Assembly (NCBI GenBank): GCA_030610255.1
Contig: JAUWSB010000001.1
Coordinates: 1 to 35,349 of the forward strand
Source of the DNA: Bacteroidota bacterium
GTDB lineage: Bacteria; Bacteroidota; Bacteroidia; Bacteroidales; JADFUO01
DNA length: 35,349 bases
Direction of reading: 5' to 3'
Positions 27,798-35,349 of this stretch are shown in pieces (position 1 is the first letter of the stretch; each line of letters starts with the position of its first letter). Made by a program: the position numbers and the translations under genes. The notes under the pieces were generated by a model. It was not told the DNA's origin. It made no database searches and saw nothing but the letters and a program-made list of their open reading frames with translations.

Positions 27798-27900
27798 ATA
27801 ACCGCAAAGAACGCTAAAATTCGCAAAAAAATCATTTTCTTAGTATTTTCAAATCAAACGTTTAATAATATTTGCGTTTTTTGCGTATTTTGCGGTTTAT
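27798..27900. terminator. long imperfect inverted repeat between convergent genes (possible bidirectional terminator) built from phased CGCAAA units
   Basis: The left arm ATAACCGCAAAGAACGCTAAAATTCGCAAA (27798-27827) pairs with the right arm TTTGCGTTTTTTGCGTATTTTGCGGTTTAT (27871-27900). The spacer is 43 nt and both outer flanks are T-rich. CGC/GCG cores recur every 9-10 bp in each arm. Confidence 0.4.
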
Positions 27901-27923
27901 TTATTTTGGATATTATTGGCGGA

Positions 27924-28376
27924 TTAATTGTAAACATGTAGCAGTGTTCCGTCAAACGAGGTACGATATTGTTTTAATGATTTAGTGGCAGGACCTTCAA
28001 AAGGAGAGCCGTCCAATAAAAGATACTTTGATCCGCTGCAGCTATCTACAGCAATTAAACCCGAATCATCAACACTTACCCTGCATTCAAAATCATTTGG
28101 GTAATTATATGGTGATGTCCTTTCATAAGCTTTATAATCATCCTGAGTTGCATGATAAATTATTATACCCCTGAAACCGCCGGTTACATAAGCATAATTT
28201 CCAATTATTTCCAAATTATTGTATTCAATTGATGATGGATTAATAGTAAAATTTACATAAACGTATGGAATATCTTCGTCTTTATCTTTTTTACAACCTG
28301 CCTGGATTAAAATCCCTAAACTGAAAAGTCCAATCAAGCTAAATATTTGTATTTTGCGAAATGTCATAAGTATCAT
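27924..28376 (-). CDS. hypothetical lipoprotein (possible degenerate Rieske-like fold)
   Basis: 150 aa with a lipobox-type signal (GILIQAGCKKD). The C-terminal half AVDSCSGSKYLLLDGSPFEGPATKSLKQYRTSFDGTLLHV parallels the Rieske pattern C-P-x-H-G-x-x-F-x-x-x-G-x-x-x-x-GPA-x-x-L-x-x-Y, but the His ligands are missing. The fold call is an inference. Confidence 0.6.
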   Translation of the reverse strand: MILMTFRKIQIFSLIGLFSLGILIQAGCKKDKDEDIPYVYVNFTINPSSIEYNNLEIIGNYAYVTGGFRGIIIYHATQDDYKAYERTSPYNYPNDFECRVSVDDSGLIAVDSCSGSKYLLLDGSPFEGPATKSLKQYRTSFDGTLLHVYN

Positions 28377-28466
28377 TTAACAATTTTAACGCAAATATAA
28401 AAATAATATTTTTACTTTTTAGAAGTTTATTTTATTGTATTTTAGTGGAAATTATGATTTTAAAAA

Positions 28467-28766
28467 ATGAAATTTAAAAAAATTATATTCGTTTTTATTT
28501 TATGTTTCTTGCCGTTTTATTATGCTTGTAATTTAGTAAAATCATCAAAAAAAGTTAAGGAGTATGAAAAACTGGAAGATATAAGAGAAAAAGAAAATGA
28601 TAAATATTATATGGAGACTAAAAAAAAACATATTGACAGGCAATCGGAAGATACAAAAAAAATGATGAAAAAAACTTTAAAAAAATCTAATAAATACAAT
28701 AAATCTAAAAAAGGATCTTTTTTCAAACGAATATTCGGAGGTTCAAAAAAGACACAGCACCGATAA
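28467..28766 (+). CDS. small lysine-rich hypothetical lipoprotein
   Basis: 99 aa with an ATG start and a signal peptide carrying a Cys (FLPFYYACN). The remainder is highly basic and low-complexity (K-rich). It is divergent from the 27924-28376 gene. Coding status is plausible but unproven. Confidence 0.45.
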   Translation: MKFKKIIFVFILCFLPFYYACNLVKSSKKVKEYEKLEDIREKENDKYYMETKKKHIDRQSEDTKKMMKKTLKKSNKYNKSKKGSFFKRIFGGSKKTQHR

Positions 28767-28899
28767 AATCGGATATCACTAAAATTGATTTTAAAACGAA
28801 CTCAATTATAATATTACAAAATAAAATTTTGTTTTTTAAAAAGTTTTATTTTCGTAAAGACTTTTATCTTTTTACTTTTATCTTGCAATTTACTGCAGT

Positions 28900-31800
28900 A
28901 TGTCTTTAAAATTTAAAAAATTAAATTATACATTAATAATAATAATAATATTTTCATTTGGAAGTATTAAATCCTTTTCACAGGAGTATGAAAATATTTT
29001 GTTTGATAGAATTACTTCCGAAAATATAAAGGTTGAAAAAGGGCTTTCTCAAAATACGATCAATTCAATAATCCAGGATAAGGAAGGATATATGTGGTTT
29101 GGCACATGGGATGGTCTTAATAAGTATGACGGGTATAATTTTACAATTTACAATAAGGAAAACGGATTAAGCAATTCGACTATTTTATCACTTTATAATG
29201 ACGAAAACGACAATATATGGATAGGTACTGAAGACGGATTAAATATTCTTAATAAAAAAACAGGATACATTACGGTTTTCAGGCACATTCCTGATGATTC
29301 AACTTCAATTACTAATAACTGGATAAACCAAATTTACAGCGATAAGGATGGCTTGATATGGGTTGCCACCGGAAGTGGATTAAACAGATATAATAAAAAT
29401 ACGAAAAAGTTTATTCAATATTTAAACAAACCACGAGACAATACTGCTTTCAAAAGTAATTGGATAAATCAGATATACCATGATAATGACAGTATTTTTT
29501 GGATGGCTTCAAGATACGGGCTTATCGAGTATGACTCAAAATCAAAAATTACTACCAGATATTATCATACACCAAATGACCCTCAAAGTTTAAGCGACAA
29601 CTTAGTTCAGGCAATTACAAAAGACAGTGAAGGCAATCTTTGGATAGGAACCCGCAACGGTCTAAACAAATTCAATTATCAAACCCGCCAGTTTATTAAT
29701 TATAAAAACAAACACAATGATATAAATAGCCTGAGTAATAATGACATTACCGTGATTTTTGAAGATAACTTTGGAAAACTATGGATTGGAACTAATGGCG
29801 GAGGACTTAATCTTTTTGACTGTGAAAACAAAAAATTTATTCATTATGAAAATATTTCCAATGAAATTAACAGCCTGAGCAATAATTTTGTATCATGTAT
29901 TTTTGAAGACAGGTGCAAAACAATTTGGGTGGGAACATTTGTAGGTGTAAATAAAATTGATTTGAACTCAAGCCAATTTGCTTTATACAGAAACATCCAC
30001 GACGATCCAAACAGTTTGAATGATAATGTTGTTTGGGCATTTATTGAAGATGAACCGGGAGTTTATTGGATTGCTACTACTAAAGGTATAAATATCTTTA
30101 ATGAAAAAACAGGTGATTTTCAGTTTATTAAACATGATCCGTCTTCAAAAAATACAATTTCAAGCAATAATATCAGGGCTCTACATAAAGATAAATATGG
30201 AATTTACTGGATAGGTACTCAAGACAAAGGATTAGTAAAATACAACAAGCAACTTAATAAATTTACCAAATACTGTCACAATCCTAAAGATACGAATAGC
30301 ATTACAGGAAATTATGTGCTGGCAATATTAGAGGATAGTTATGGTATTTTGTGGGTATCAACATCAAATGGTTTAAATAAACTAAACAGAAAAACAAACA
30401 AGTTTAAAAGATATTTTTTTAATCCGGCAGATACAATAACTTTCGGAAACAATGCTATTTTTAATATTGTTGAAGACAGCAAGGGAAATTTATGGCTGCC
30501 TTCTTATGGTGGTTTGATTAAATACAATAGGGAGTCAAACAATTTCACAACTTATAAACATGACCCCGATAATATAAACAGCATAAGCACTGATAAATTA
30601 TTTTCCGTTTATGAAGATAATTCAGGCAATATTTGGGTAACGTCACGCGGTGGAGGAATTTGCAAGCTAAATCCTGAAACAGAACAATTTATAAATTACA
30701 CTATAAAAGACGGTCTTCCAAATAATGTAACTTATGGAATTCTTGAAGACTCTGACAATAATTTGTGGATAAGCACAAACTGGGGTTTATCAAAATTTAA
30801 TGTAAAAGAAAATAAATTTATTAATTATGATGTAAAAGATGGCTTACAAAGCAATGAATTCAACACAAAATCTTTTTTATTGAGTTCAGGTGGAAAAATG
30901 TTTTTTGGTGGAATGGGCGGATTTAACTGTTTTTTCCCTGAACAAATAAAAGTCAACAAAAATATACCACCTGTTGTGATAACCGGTATTAAAATATTTA
31001 ATATTCCTCATTTAGGTTCATTAAGTAATGGTGATACAATTATTTTAAATCATGATGATAATTTCGTTTCTCTTGGGTTTTCCGCATTGGATTATACAAA
31101 TCCGTCAAAGAATAAATATAAATATATTTTAGAAAATTACGAAAAAAACTGGAGGTATCCGGATGCAGGCAACACATCGGCAGAATATACGAAAGTTAAT
31201 CCCGGTACTTATATTTTCAGAGTAAAAGGTTCAAATAACGACGGCTACTGGAACGAAGAAGGAGTGTCGCTGACAATCAAAATTACTCCGCCATGGTGGC
31301 AAACATGGATATTCAGGATATTATTGGCTCTTACAATTATTTTGATTATATGGTTTGTTATTTACCGCAGAGTTAAAGCTATCAGGAAAAAACATGAAGT
31401 TGAAAAAAAGGTCCTTGAAATTGAAAAACAATTTTTTGATATTGAACAAAAAGCATTACGGCTTCAAATGAATCCTCATTTTATTTTTAATTCCCTTAAT
31501 TCAATTCAAAGTTTTGTAATAACTAACGATACTAATAAAGCTATTTTTTATTTAGCAAAATTTTCACAACTGATGCGGTTGATTTTGGCTAATTCCAGCG
31601 AGTCGTATATTCCACTGAAAAATGAATTATCCGCATTAAAATATTATATGGATATTGAAAAACTCAGGTTTGACAATAAATTTGATTATTCAATAAAAAT
31701 TGACCCGCAAATTGATGAGGAATTCATGGAAATACCTCCCATGTTAATCCAGCCTTATCTTGAAAATGCAATTATTCACGGGTTAATCCACAAAAAAGGT

Positions 31801-32076
31801 AAAGGAAAAATAAATATCAATTTCATATTAAAGGATAATTCAATATTTTGTACAATCCAGGATAATGGTATTGGCAGGAAAAGAGCAATGCAAATTAGGG
31901 CAGAATCAGGAATAGCACGCAAATCAAGAGGAATGCTGATAACAAAAGAACGTTTGGAAATTCTGAATAAACAAAACAAAGAACAATTTTCAGTAAATAT
32001 TATTGACCTGAAAGACTCAAAAGGGAATGCCACAGGGACAAGAGTTGAGATAATTATCAGTTATAAAGAATTTTAA
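28900..32076 (+). CDS. sensor histidine kinase: two-component-regulator propeller repeats + Y_Y_Y domain + TM + LytS/YehU-type His_kinase/HATPase
   Basis: 1058 aa with a signal/TM at the N-terminus. Many repeats of the type W(I/V)GT..GL(N/S)K(Y/F) mark the Reg_prop region. A single TM (WIFRILLALTIILIIWFVIY) follows. The kinase core has LQMNPHFIFNSLNSIQ (PF06580-type H-box) and the ATPase motifs YLENAIIHG and QDNGIG. Confidence 0.92.
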   Translation: MSLKFKKLNYTLIIIIIFSFGSIKSFSQEYENILFDRITSENIKVEKGLSQNTINSIIQDKEGYMWFGTWDGLNKYDGYNFTIYNKENGLSNSTILSLYNDENDNIWIGTEDGLNILNKKTGYITVFRHIPDDSTSITNNWINQIYSDKDGLIWVATGSGLNRYNKNTKKFIQYLNKPRDNTAFKSNWINQIYHDNDSIFWMASRYGLIEYDSKSKITTRYYHTPNDPQSLSDNLVQAITKDSEGNLWIGTRNGLNKFNYQTRQFINYKNKHNDINSLSNNDITVIFEDNFGKLWIGTNGGGLNLFDCENKKFIHYENISNEINSLSNNFVSCIFEDRCKTIWVGTFVGVNKIDLNSSQFALYRNIHDDPNSLNDNVVWAFIEDEPGVYWIATTKGINIFNEKTGDFQFIKHDPSSKNTISSNNIRALHKDKYGIYWIGTQDKGLVKYNKQLNKFTKYCHNPKDTNSITGNYVLAILEDSYGILWVSTSNGLNKLNRKTNKFKRYFFNPADTITFGNNAIFNIVEDSKGNLWLPSYGGLIKYNRESNNFTTYKHDPDNINSISTDKLFSVYEDNSGNIWVTSRGGGICKLNPETEQFINYTIKDGLPNNVTYGILEDSDNNLWISTNWGLSKFNVKENKFINYDVKDGLQSNEFNTKSFLLSSGGKMFFGGMGGFNCFFPEQIKVNKNIPPVVITGIKIFNIPHLGSLSNGDTIILNHDDNFVSLGFSALDYTNPSKNKYKYILENYEKNWRYPDAGNTSAEYTKVNPGTYIFRVKGSNNDGYWNEEGVSLTIKITPPWWQTWIFRILLALTIILIIWFVIYRRVKAIRKKHEVEKKVLEIEKQFFDIEQKALRLQMNPHFIFNSLNSIQSFVITNDTNKAIFYLAKFSQLMRLILANSSESYIPLKNELSALKYYMDIEKLRFDNKFDYSIKIDPQIDEEFMEIPPMLIQPYLENAIIHGLIHKKGKGKININFILKDNSIFCTIQDNGIGRKRAMQIRAESGIARKSRGMLITKERLEILNKQNKEQFSVNIIDLKDSKGNATGTRVEIIISYKEF

Positions 32077-32225
32077 TTTAATATTTTTTTCGTATATTTG
32101 AATTTTATTTGTACTGCCTCTTAATGATTTTGCAAACAAAATCCTTTTAGAAGCAGTTAATGCTCGAAGAAATCAGGTTTAGTTTTTTGCAAACCTAATT
32201 TCATTCGGCATAAATCAATATTTTT

Positions 32226-32999
32226 ATGATACGCTCAATCATCATAGAAGATGAAAAAAGGTCAAGAGATACACTGAGGGAACTTTTAAAAAGATTTTGC
32301 AAAAATGTGGAAATTATTGCCGAAGCCGACGGTTATAAAAGCGGTATTGAAGCAATAAAAAAACACAAGCCTGATGTAATTTTCCTTGACATTCAAATGC
32401 CCGACGGCAGTGGTTTCAAGCTATTGGAAGATATCGGGGAAATTGATTTTGAAATAATTTTCACAACTGCTTATGATCAATTTGCCATAAAAGCAATAAA
32501 ATACAGTGCACTTGATTACCTGCTGAAACCGATTTTCCCCGAAGAGCTGATAAATGCCATAAAAAAAATTGAAAAAAAAAGGCAAATAAACACCATCAAT
32601 AAAAATATTAAAGTTTTACTGGATAATATCAACACACCTGAAGAAGAACCTAAAAAAATTGTTCTTTCAACTTCCGATAAAATACATGTTATTAAAACCG
32701 ATGAAATTATAAGATGTGAATCGGATAATTATTACACAAATTTTTTCTTTACAAACGGAAAGCAACTCCTGATTTCAAAGACACTTAAAGAAAATGATGA
32801 ACTTTTAAGCGCACATAATTTTATCAGGCCTCATAAATCGCACCTTATTAATACAAAATATATTAAAAGCTTTAATCGTAATGAAGGTGGATTTATTGTT
32901 ATGACAGATGATAGTAAGATTCCGGTTTCAAGAAGAAAACGAGAGAAAATCACTAATATAATTAGTAATTTATCAAACTTAAGAAATTATCACCGTTAA
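32226..32999 (+). CDS. LytR/AlgR-family response regulator (receiver + LytTR DNA-binding domain)
   Basis: 257 aa. The receiver has the phospho-acceptor context DVIFLDIQMPDGSG and KP at LLKPI. The C-terminal ~100 aa (IHVIKTDEIIRCESDNYYTNFFF...FIRPHKSHLINTKYI) matches the LytTR domain pattern. Confidence 0.92.
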   Translation: MIRSIIIEDEKRSRDTLRELLKRFCKNVEIIAEADGYKSGIEAIKKHKPDVIFLDIQMPDGSGFKLLEDIGEIDFEIIFTTAYDQFAIKAIKYSALDYLLKPIFPEELINAIKKIEKKRQINTINKNIKVLLDNINTPEEEPKKIVLSTSDKIHVIKTDEIIRCESDNYYTNFFFTNGKQLLISKTLKENDELLSAHNFIRPHKSHLINTKYIKSFNRNEGGFIVMTDDSKIPVSRRKREKITNIISNLSNLRNYHR

Positions 33000-33030
33000 C
33001 TGATTTTTTTATACCGTTAACTGATTTTTT
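32992..33030 (+). promoter_or_regulatory. candidate LytTR operator: 18-bp perfect direct repeat with 21-bp phasing
   Basis: ACCGTTAACTGATTTTTT occurs at 32992-33009 and again at 33013-33030. The ACCGTTAAC cores match 8 of 9 positions of the LytTR consensus [TA][AC][CA]GTTN[AG][TG] and are separated by 12 bp. Copy 1 contains the regulator's own stop codon. The site lies about 50 nt upstream of the next gene (33081). Confidence 0.5.
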
Positions 33031-33080
33031 CTTTTTATTTCTTAAAATTTATTTATTTTTACATACTAATACGAAAAAAT

Positions 33081-33536
33081 ATGGATGATTATATTTACAT
33101 TTTATTAGCAATAGCATGGATAGCTTTTACAATTTATAGCCAGAAGCAAAAGAAAAAAAAACAGCAACAACAAGCCAAACCACAACAGCAAACACAAAAA
33201 GATATAAAATCTTATTTTGAAGAAATTTTGCTGGGAAATGTATCCTCTCCGGATCCGATAGTTACCGAACCTGTGATTGAGGAAGAAATATATGAATCTG
33301 TTTCCGGCTACAAAACTTCTGAAAATCTTCAACCCGAATATGAATTCCTTGAAGAAGGGTCGCAGTTATCTGAAGAATATTTTGATCAGAATTCTGCAAT
33401 AGAAAAACCCGAAATTCAAATTGAAGAAAAACCTGAAATTAAAACCGAAGAAGAATATGAAAACATTGAATATCTTGATTTTGACATAAGAAAAGCAGTC
33501 ATATATTCGGAAATTTTAAAACGTCCTTATGCTTAA
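33081..33536 (+). CDS. small hypothetical membrane-anchored acidic protein
   Basis: 151 aa with an ATG start and one N-terminal TM (YIYILLAIAWIAFTIY). A K/Q run follows, then a long E-rich low-complexity region and a conserved-looking C-terminal FDIRKAVIYSEILKRPYA. No family was recognised. Confidence 0.55.
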   Translation: MDDYIYILLAIAWIAFTIYSQKQKKKKQQQQAKPQQQTQKDIKSYFEEILLGNVSSPDPIVTEPVIEEEIYESVSGYKTSENLQPEYEFLEEGSQLSEEYFDQNSAIEKPEIQIEEKPEIKTEEEYENIEYLDFDIRKAVIYSEILKRPYA

Positions 33537-33676
33537 TAAATACAATAATTTATTTAAGAGAACATAAATTTTTTCAAACAAGAGATAATTTTTTTTTTGG
33601 ATATTAAAAATTTTTATTGTTATCTTTACCAACTTTTTAAATGCACAATGTATAATTTAACATAAAACTATATGGT

Positions 33677-35349
33677 ATGTTAAGAAATTTACTTTTAACT
33701 TTAGGGATAGTATTAACTACGAGTTTGTTAGTTTATCCGCAATCAGGAGCCTTAAAAGGCAAAATTACTGATAAAATAACCAAAGAACCAATTCCATTTG
33801 CTAATCTTGTTATTGAGGTTGGGGGGACCCAGATAGGAGGTTCAACATCAGATTTTGATGGGAACTACACAATTAAACCTATTCCTCCGGGCAAATACGA
33901 TTTGAAAACAACATTTGTCGGTTATAAACCAATTCTTATAAAAGGTATAATCATTGTAGCCGACCAGATTCGTTTTTTCGATATTGAAATGGAATCAACA
34001 GTGGAAACTCTTGAAGAGTTTGAAGTTATTGATTACAAGGTTCCTTTGATTTCTAAAGACCAAACTACCAGTGGAGAAACCGTTACTGCAGAAGAAATTG
34101 CAAAAATGCCGAACCGATCGGCTAATGCAGTTGCAGCAACTGTTGGCGGTGTGTTCTCACGCGACGGAGAAAGAGGAAATGTAAGAGGTGCCCGTGCCGA
34201 CGGTACTGTCATGTATATTGATGGTATCAGAGTAAGGGGTTCTTCTGCTTTGCCACCTTCGGCAATTGAACAGGTTTCAGTTATGCTTGGTGGTGTTCCG
34301 GCACAATACGGTGATGCTGTCGGTGGTATTATCAATGTTACAACCAAAGGACCTTCAAGGAAGTTCGGCGCAGGAATTGAACTTGAAACTTCAGAGTTAC
34401 TGGATAAATTTGGCTATAACCGCGTGGGTCTTAATTTAAATGGTCCTTTATTTACCCGTAAAAATGAAGACGGAAGTGTTAAGTCATCATTGTTCGGTTA
34501 TTTTATTGCAGCAGATGTTACTTACCGAAAAGATGGCAGACCCTCTGCAATTGGTATTTATAAAGGAAAAGATGATATTATTCAATACCTTGAAGACAAC
34601 CCATTGCGTCCTTCAGGATTGCCAGGTGGCGGTACATTTCTTAATGGCGAGTACCTTAGAACAGATGATCTGGAGCATGTTAAGATGACACAAAATACAG
34701 CTAACATGTCTGTGAATATTTCCGGTAAAATTGATGTTAAAACAACACGAACCATTAATTTAACCTTTGGCGGACAATATGTTTATAATCACGGGAGGGG
34801 ATCTCGTAGTAGCAATAGAAGATATGATTTTTATAATAACTCTTTATTGAACTATGAAAAAAACTCACTTAATACAAATTATACATGGAGAGTATTCGGA
34901 CGGTTTACTCAAAGATTCCCTACGGATAGAGATAGTAAATCACTTATAAAAAATGTTTATTATACAATTCAGGCAGATTACTCAAAATACTATGCAGAAA
35001 CACAAGACCCTGATCACAAAGATGATCTTTTCAAATATGGCTATCTTGGGAAATTCACAACTCATAAAATGCCTACATTTCAACTTGGAGCCGACACTAT
35101 ACACGGTCAGCCTTATCAAAATGTATGGTTGCTCAACAGTTGGGATTATGATACATTAGTTGAATTTGATCCGTTTGATTATAACCCATTGGTAGCTAAT
35201 TATACTTCTTCATATTATGATTTATATGCAGGACAACCTATAGGCAATTATCAAAATTTCGACCAGATACAACTTGGCGGAGGATTATTGAATGGACAAC
35301 AAGCACCACTAATTTATGGTCTTTACTGCACCCCTGGTAATATTCAGGC
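33677..35349 (+). CDS. TonB-dependent receptor-like outer membrane protein (CarboxypepD_reg domain + plug + start of barrel), 3'-truncated by window edge
   Basis: This ORF is not in the track because there is no stop. I translated frame 2 from ATG 33677 to the window end and found no stop codon (about 557 codons). It has a signal peptide (MLRNLLLTLGIVLTTSLLVYPQS) and a CarboxypepD_reg-like region (GKITDK..EPIPFANLVI...TSDFDGNYTIKPIPPGKYDLKTTFVGY). The plug motifs are NVRGARADGTVMYIDGIRV and GGVPAQYGDAVGGIINVTTK. Confidence 0.85.
   Translation, partial: MLRNLLLTLGIVLTTSLLVYPQSGALKGKITDKITKEPIPFANLVIEVGGTQIGGSTSDFDGNYTIKPIPPGKYDLKTTFVGYKPILIKGIIIVADQIRFFDIEMESTVETLEEFEVIDYKVPLISKDQTTSGETVTAEEIAKMPNRSANAVAATVGGVFSRDGERGNVRGARADGTVMYIDGIRVRGSSALPPSAIEQVSVMLGGVPAQYGDAVGGIINVTTKGPSRKFGAGIELETSELLDKFGYNRVGLNLNGPLFTRKNEDGSVKSSLFGYFIAADVTYRKDGRPSAIGIYKGKDDIIQYLEDNPLRPSGLPGGGTFLNGEYLRTDDLEHVKMTQNTANMSVNISGKIDVKTTRTINLTFGGQYVYNHGRGSRSSNRRYDFYNNSLLNYEKNSLNTNYTWRVFGRFTQRFPTDRDSKSLIKNVYYTIQADYSKYYAETQDPDHKDDLFKYGYLGKFTTHKMPTFQLGADTIHGQPYQNVWLLNSWDYDTLVEFDPFDYNPLVANYTSSYYDLYAGQPIGNYQNFDQIQLGGGLLNGQQAPLIYGLYCTPGNIQ

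Noticed and set aside
32077-32225. Small hairpins in the kinase/regulator spacer (GATTTT-gcaaac-AAAATC and AGGTTT-agttttttgc-AAACCT)
   Set aside because: The stems are only 6 bp and AT-rich, which is expected by chance in this composition. They are not convincing as a terminator or attenuator.
33105-33332. 75-aa minus-strand ORF antisense to the small acidic protein gene
   Set aside because: It is the antisense translation of a K/Q/E low-complexity region (poly-L/F). There is no independent support.
1-35349. Evidence that the window is a genomic island, prophage or defence locus
   Set aside because: There are no integrase, transposase, phage, restriction-modification, toxin-antitoxin or known defence domains, no flanking tRNA, and no visible compositional shift. 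Gene content is largely housekeeping.

Overview
This is an AT-rich chromosomal segment that looks like Bacteroidota. The evidence is a T9SS C-terminal sorting domain on a secreted BNR protein, TAnnTTTG-type -7 promoter boxes, a propeller/Y_Y_Y sensor kinase, a CarboxypepD_reg-type TonB-dependent receptor and a frdCAB-style succinate/fumarate oxidoreductase. Gene content is mostly core metabolism. In order it holds: the 3' end of a patatin-like lipase; a GT2 glycosyltransferase coupled to a beta-barrel OMP; a TetR-TolC-MFP-RND efflux operon; a BNR/sialidase-fold T9SS cargo protein; an SLC1/DAACS symporter with a large loop insertion; sdh/frd CAB; DPP-IV; a GGGPS/PcrB homologue; a fused MetF-MetV-type methylene-THF reductase; metH; an Sfp-type PPTase; ahcY; two small lipoproteins; a LytS-type propeller kinase with a LytTR regulator; a small acidic membrane protein; and the 5' part of a TonB-dependent receptor (open to the window end, absent from the ORF track). 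I saw no tRNA, rRNA, CRISPR array, transposase, integrase or recognisable defence gene, so I cannot point to a classical accessory island. The unusual signals are mainly non-coding. (1) A two-copy MITE-like structured repeat has one copy inside the efflux operon. (2) Short-period (8-10 bp) degenerate tandem arrays sit in several spacers, and two 8-bp arrays bracket metH. (3) A cluster of unrelated perfect palindromes lies in the metH/metF spacer. (4) An 18-bp direct repeat with 21-bp phasing fits LytTR operator geometry, directly downstream of the LytTR gene. Protein-level oddities are the MetF-MetV fusion, the ~135-aa insertion in the symporter, two extra hydrophobic helices in the RND pump, and a bacterial GGGPS. 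Several ORF-track starts are TTG extensions, and I have trimmed those where an ATG gives a canonical N-terminus. All calls come from reading the sequence and motifs by eye; no searches were run.
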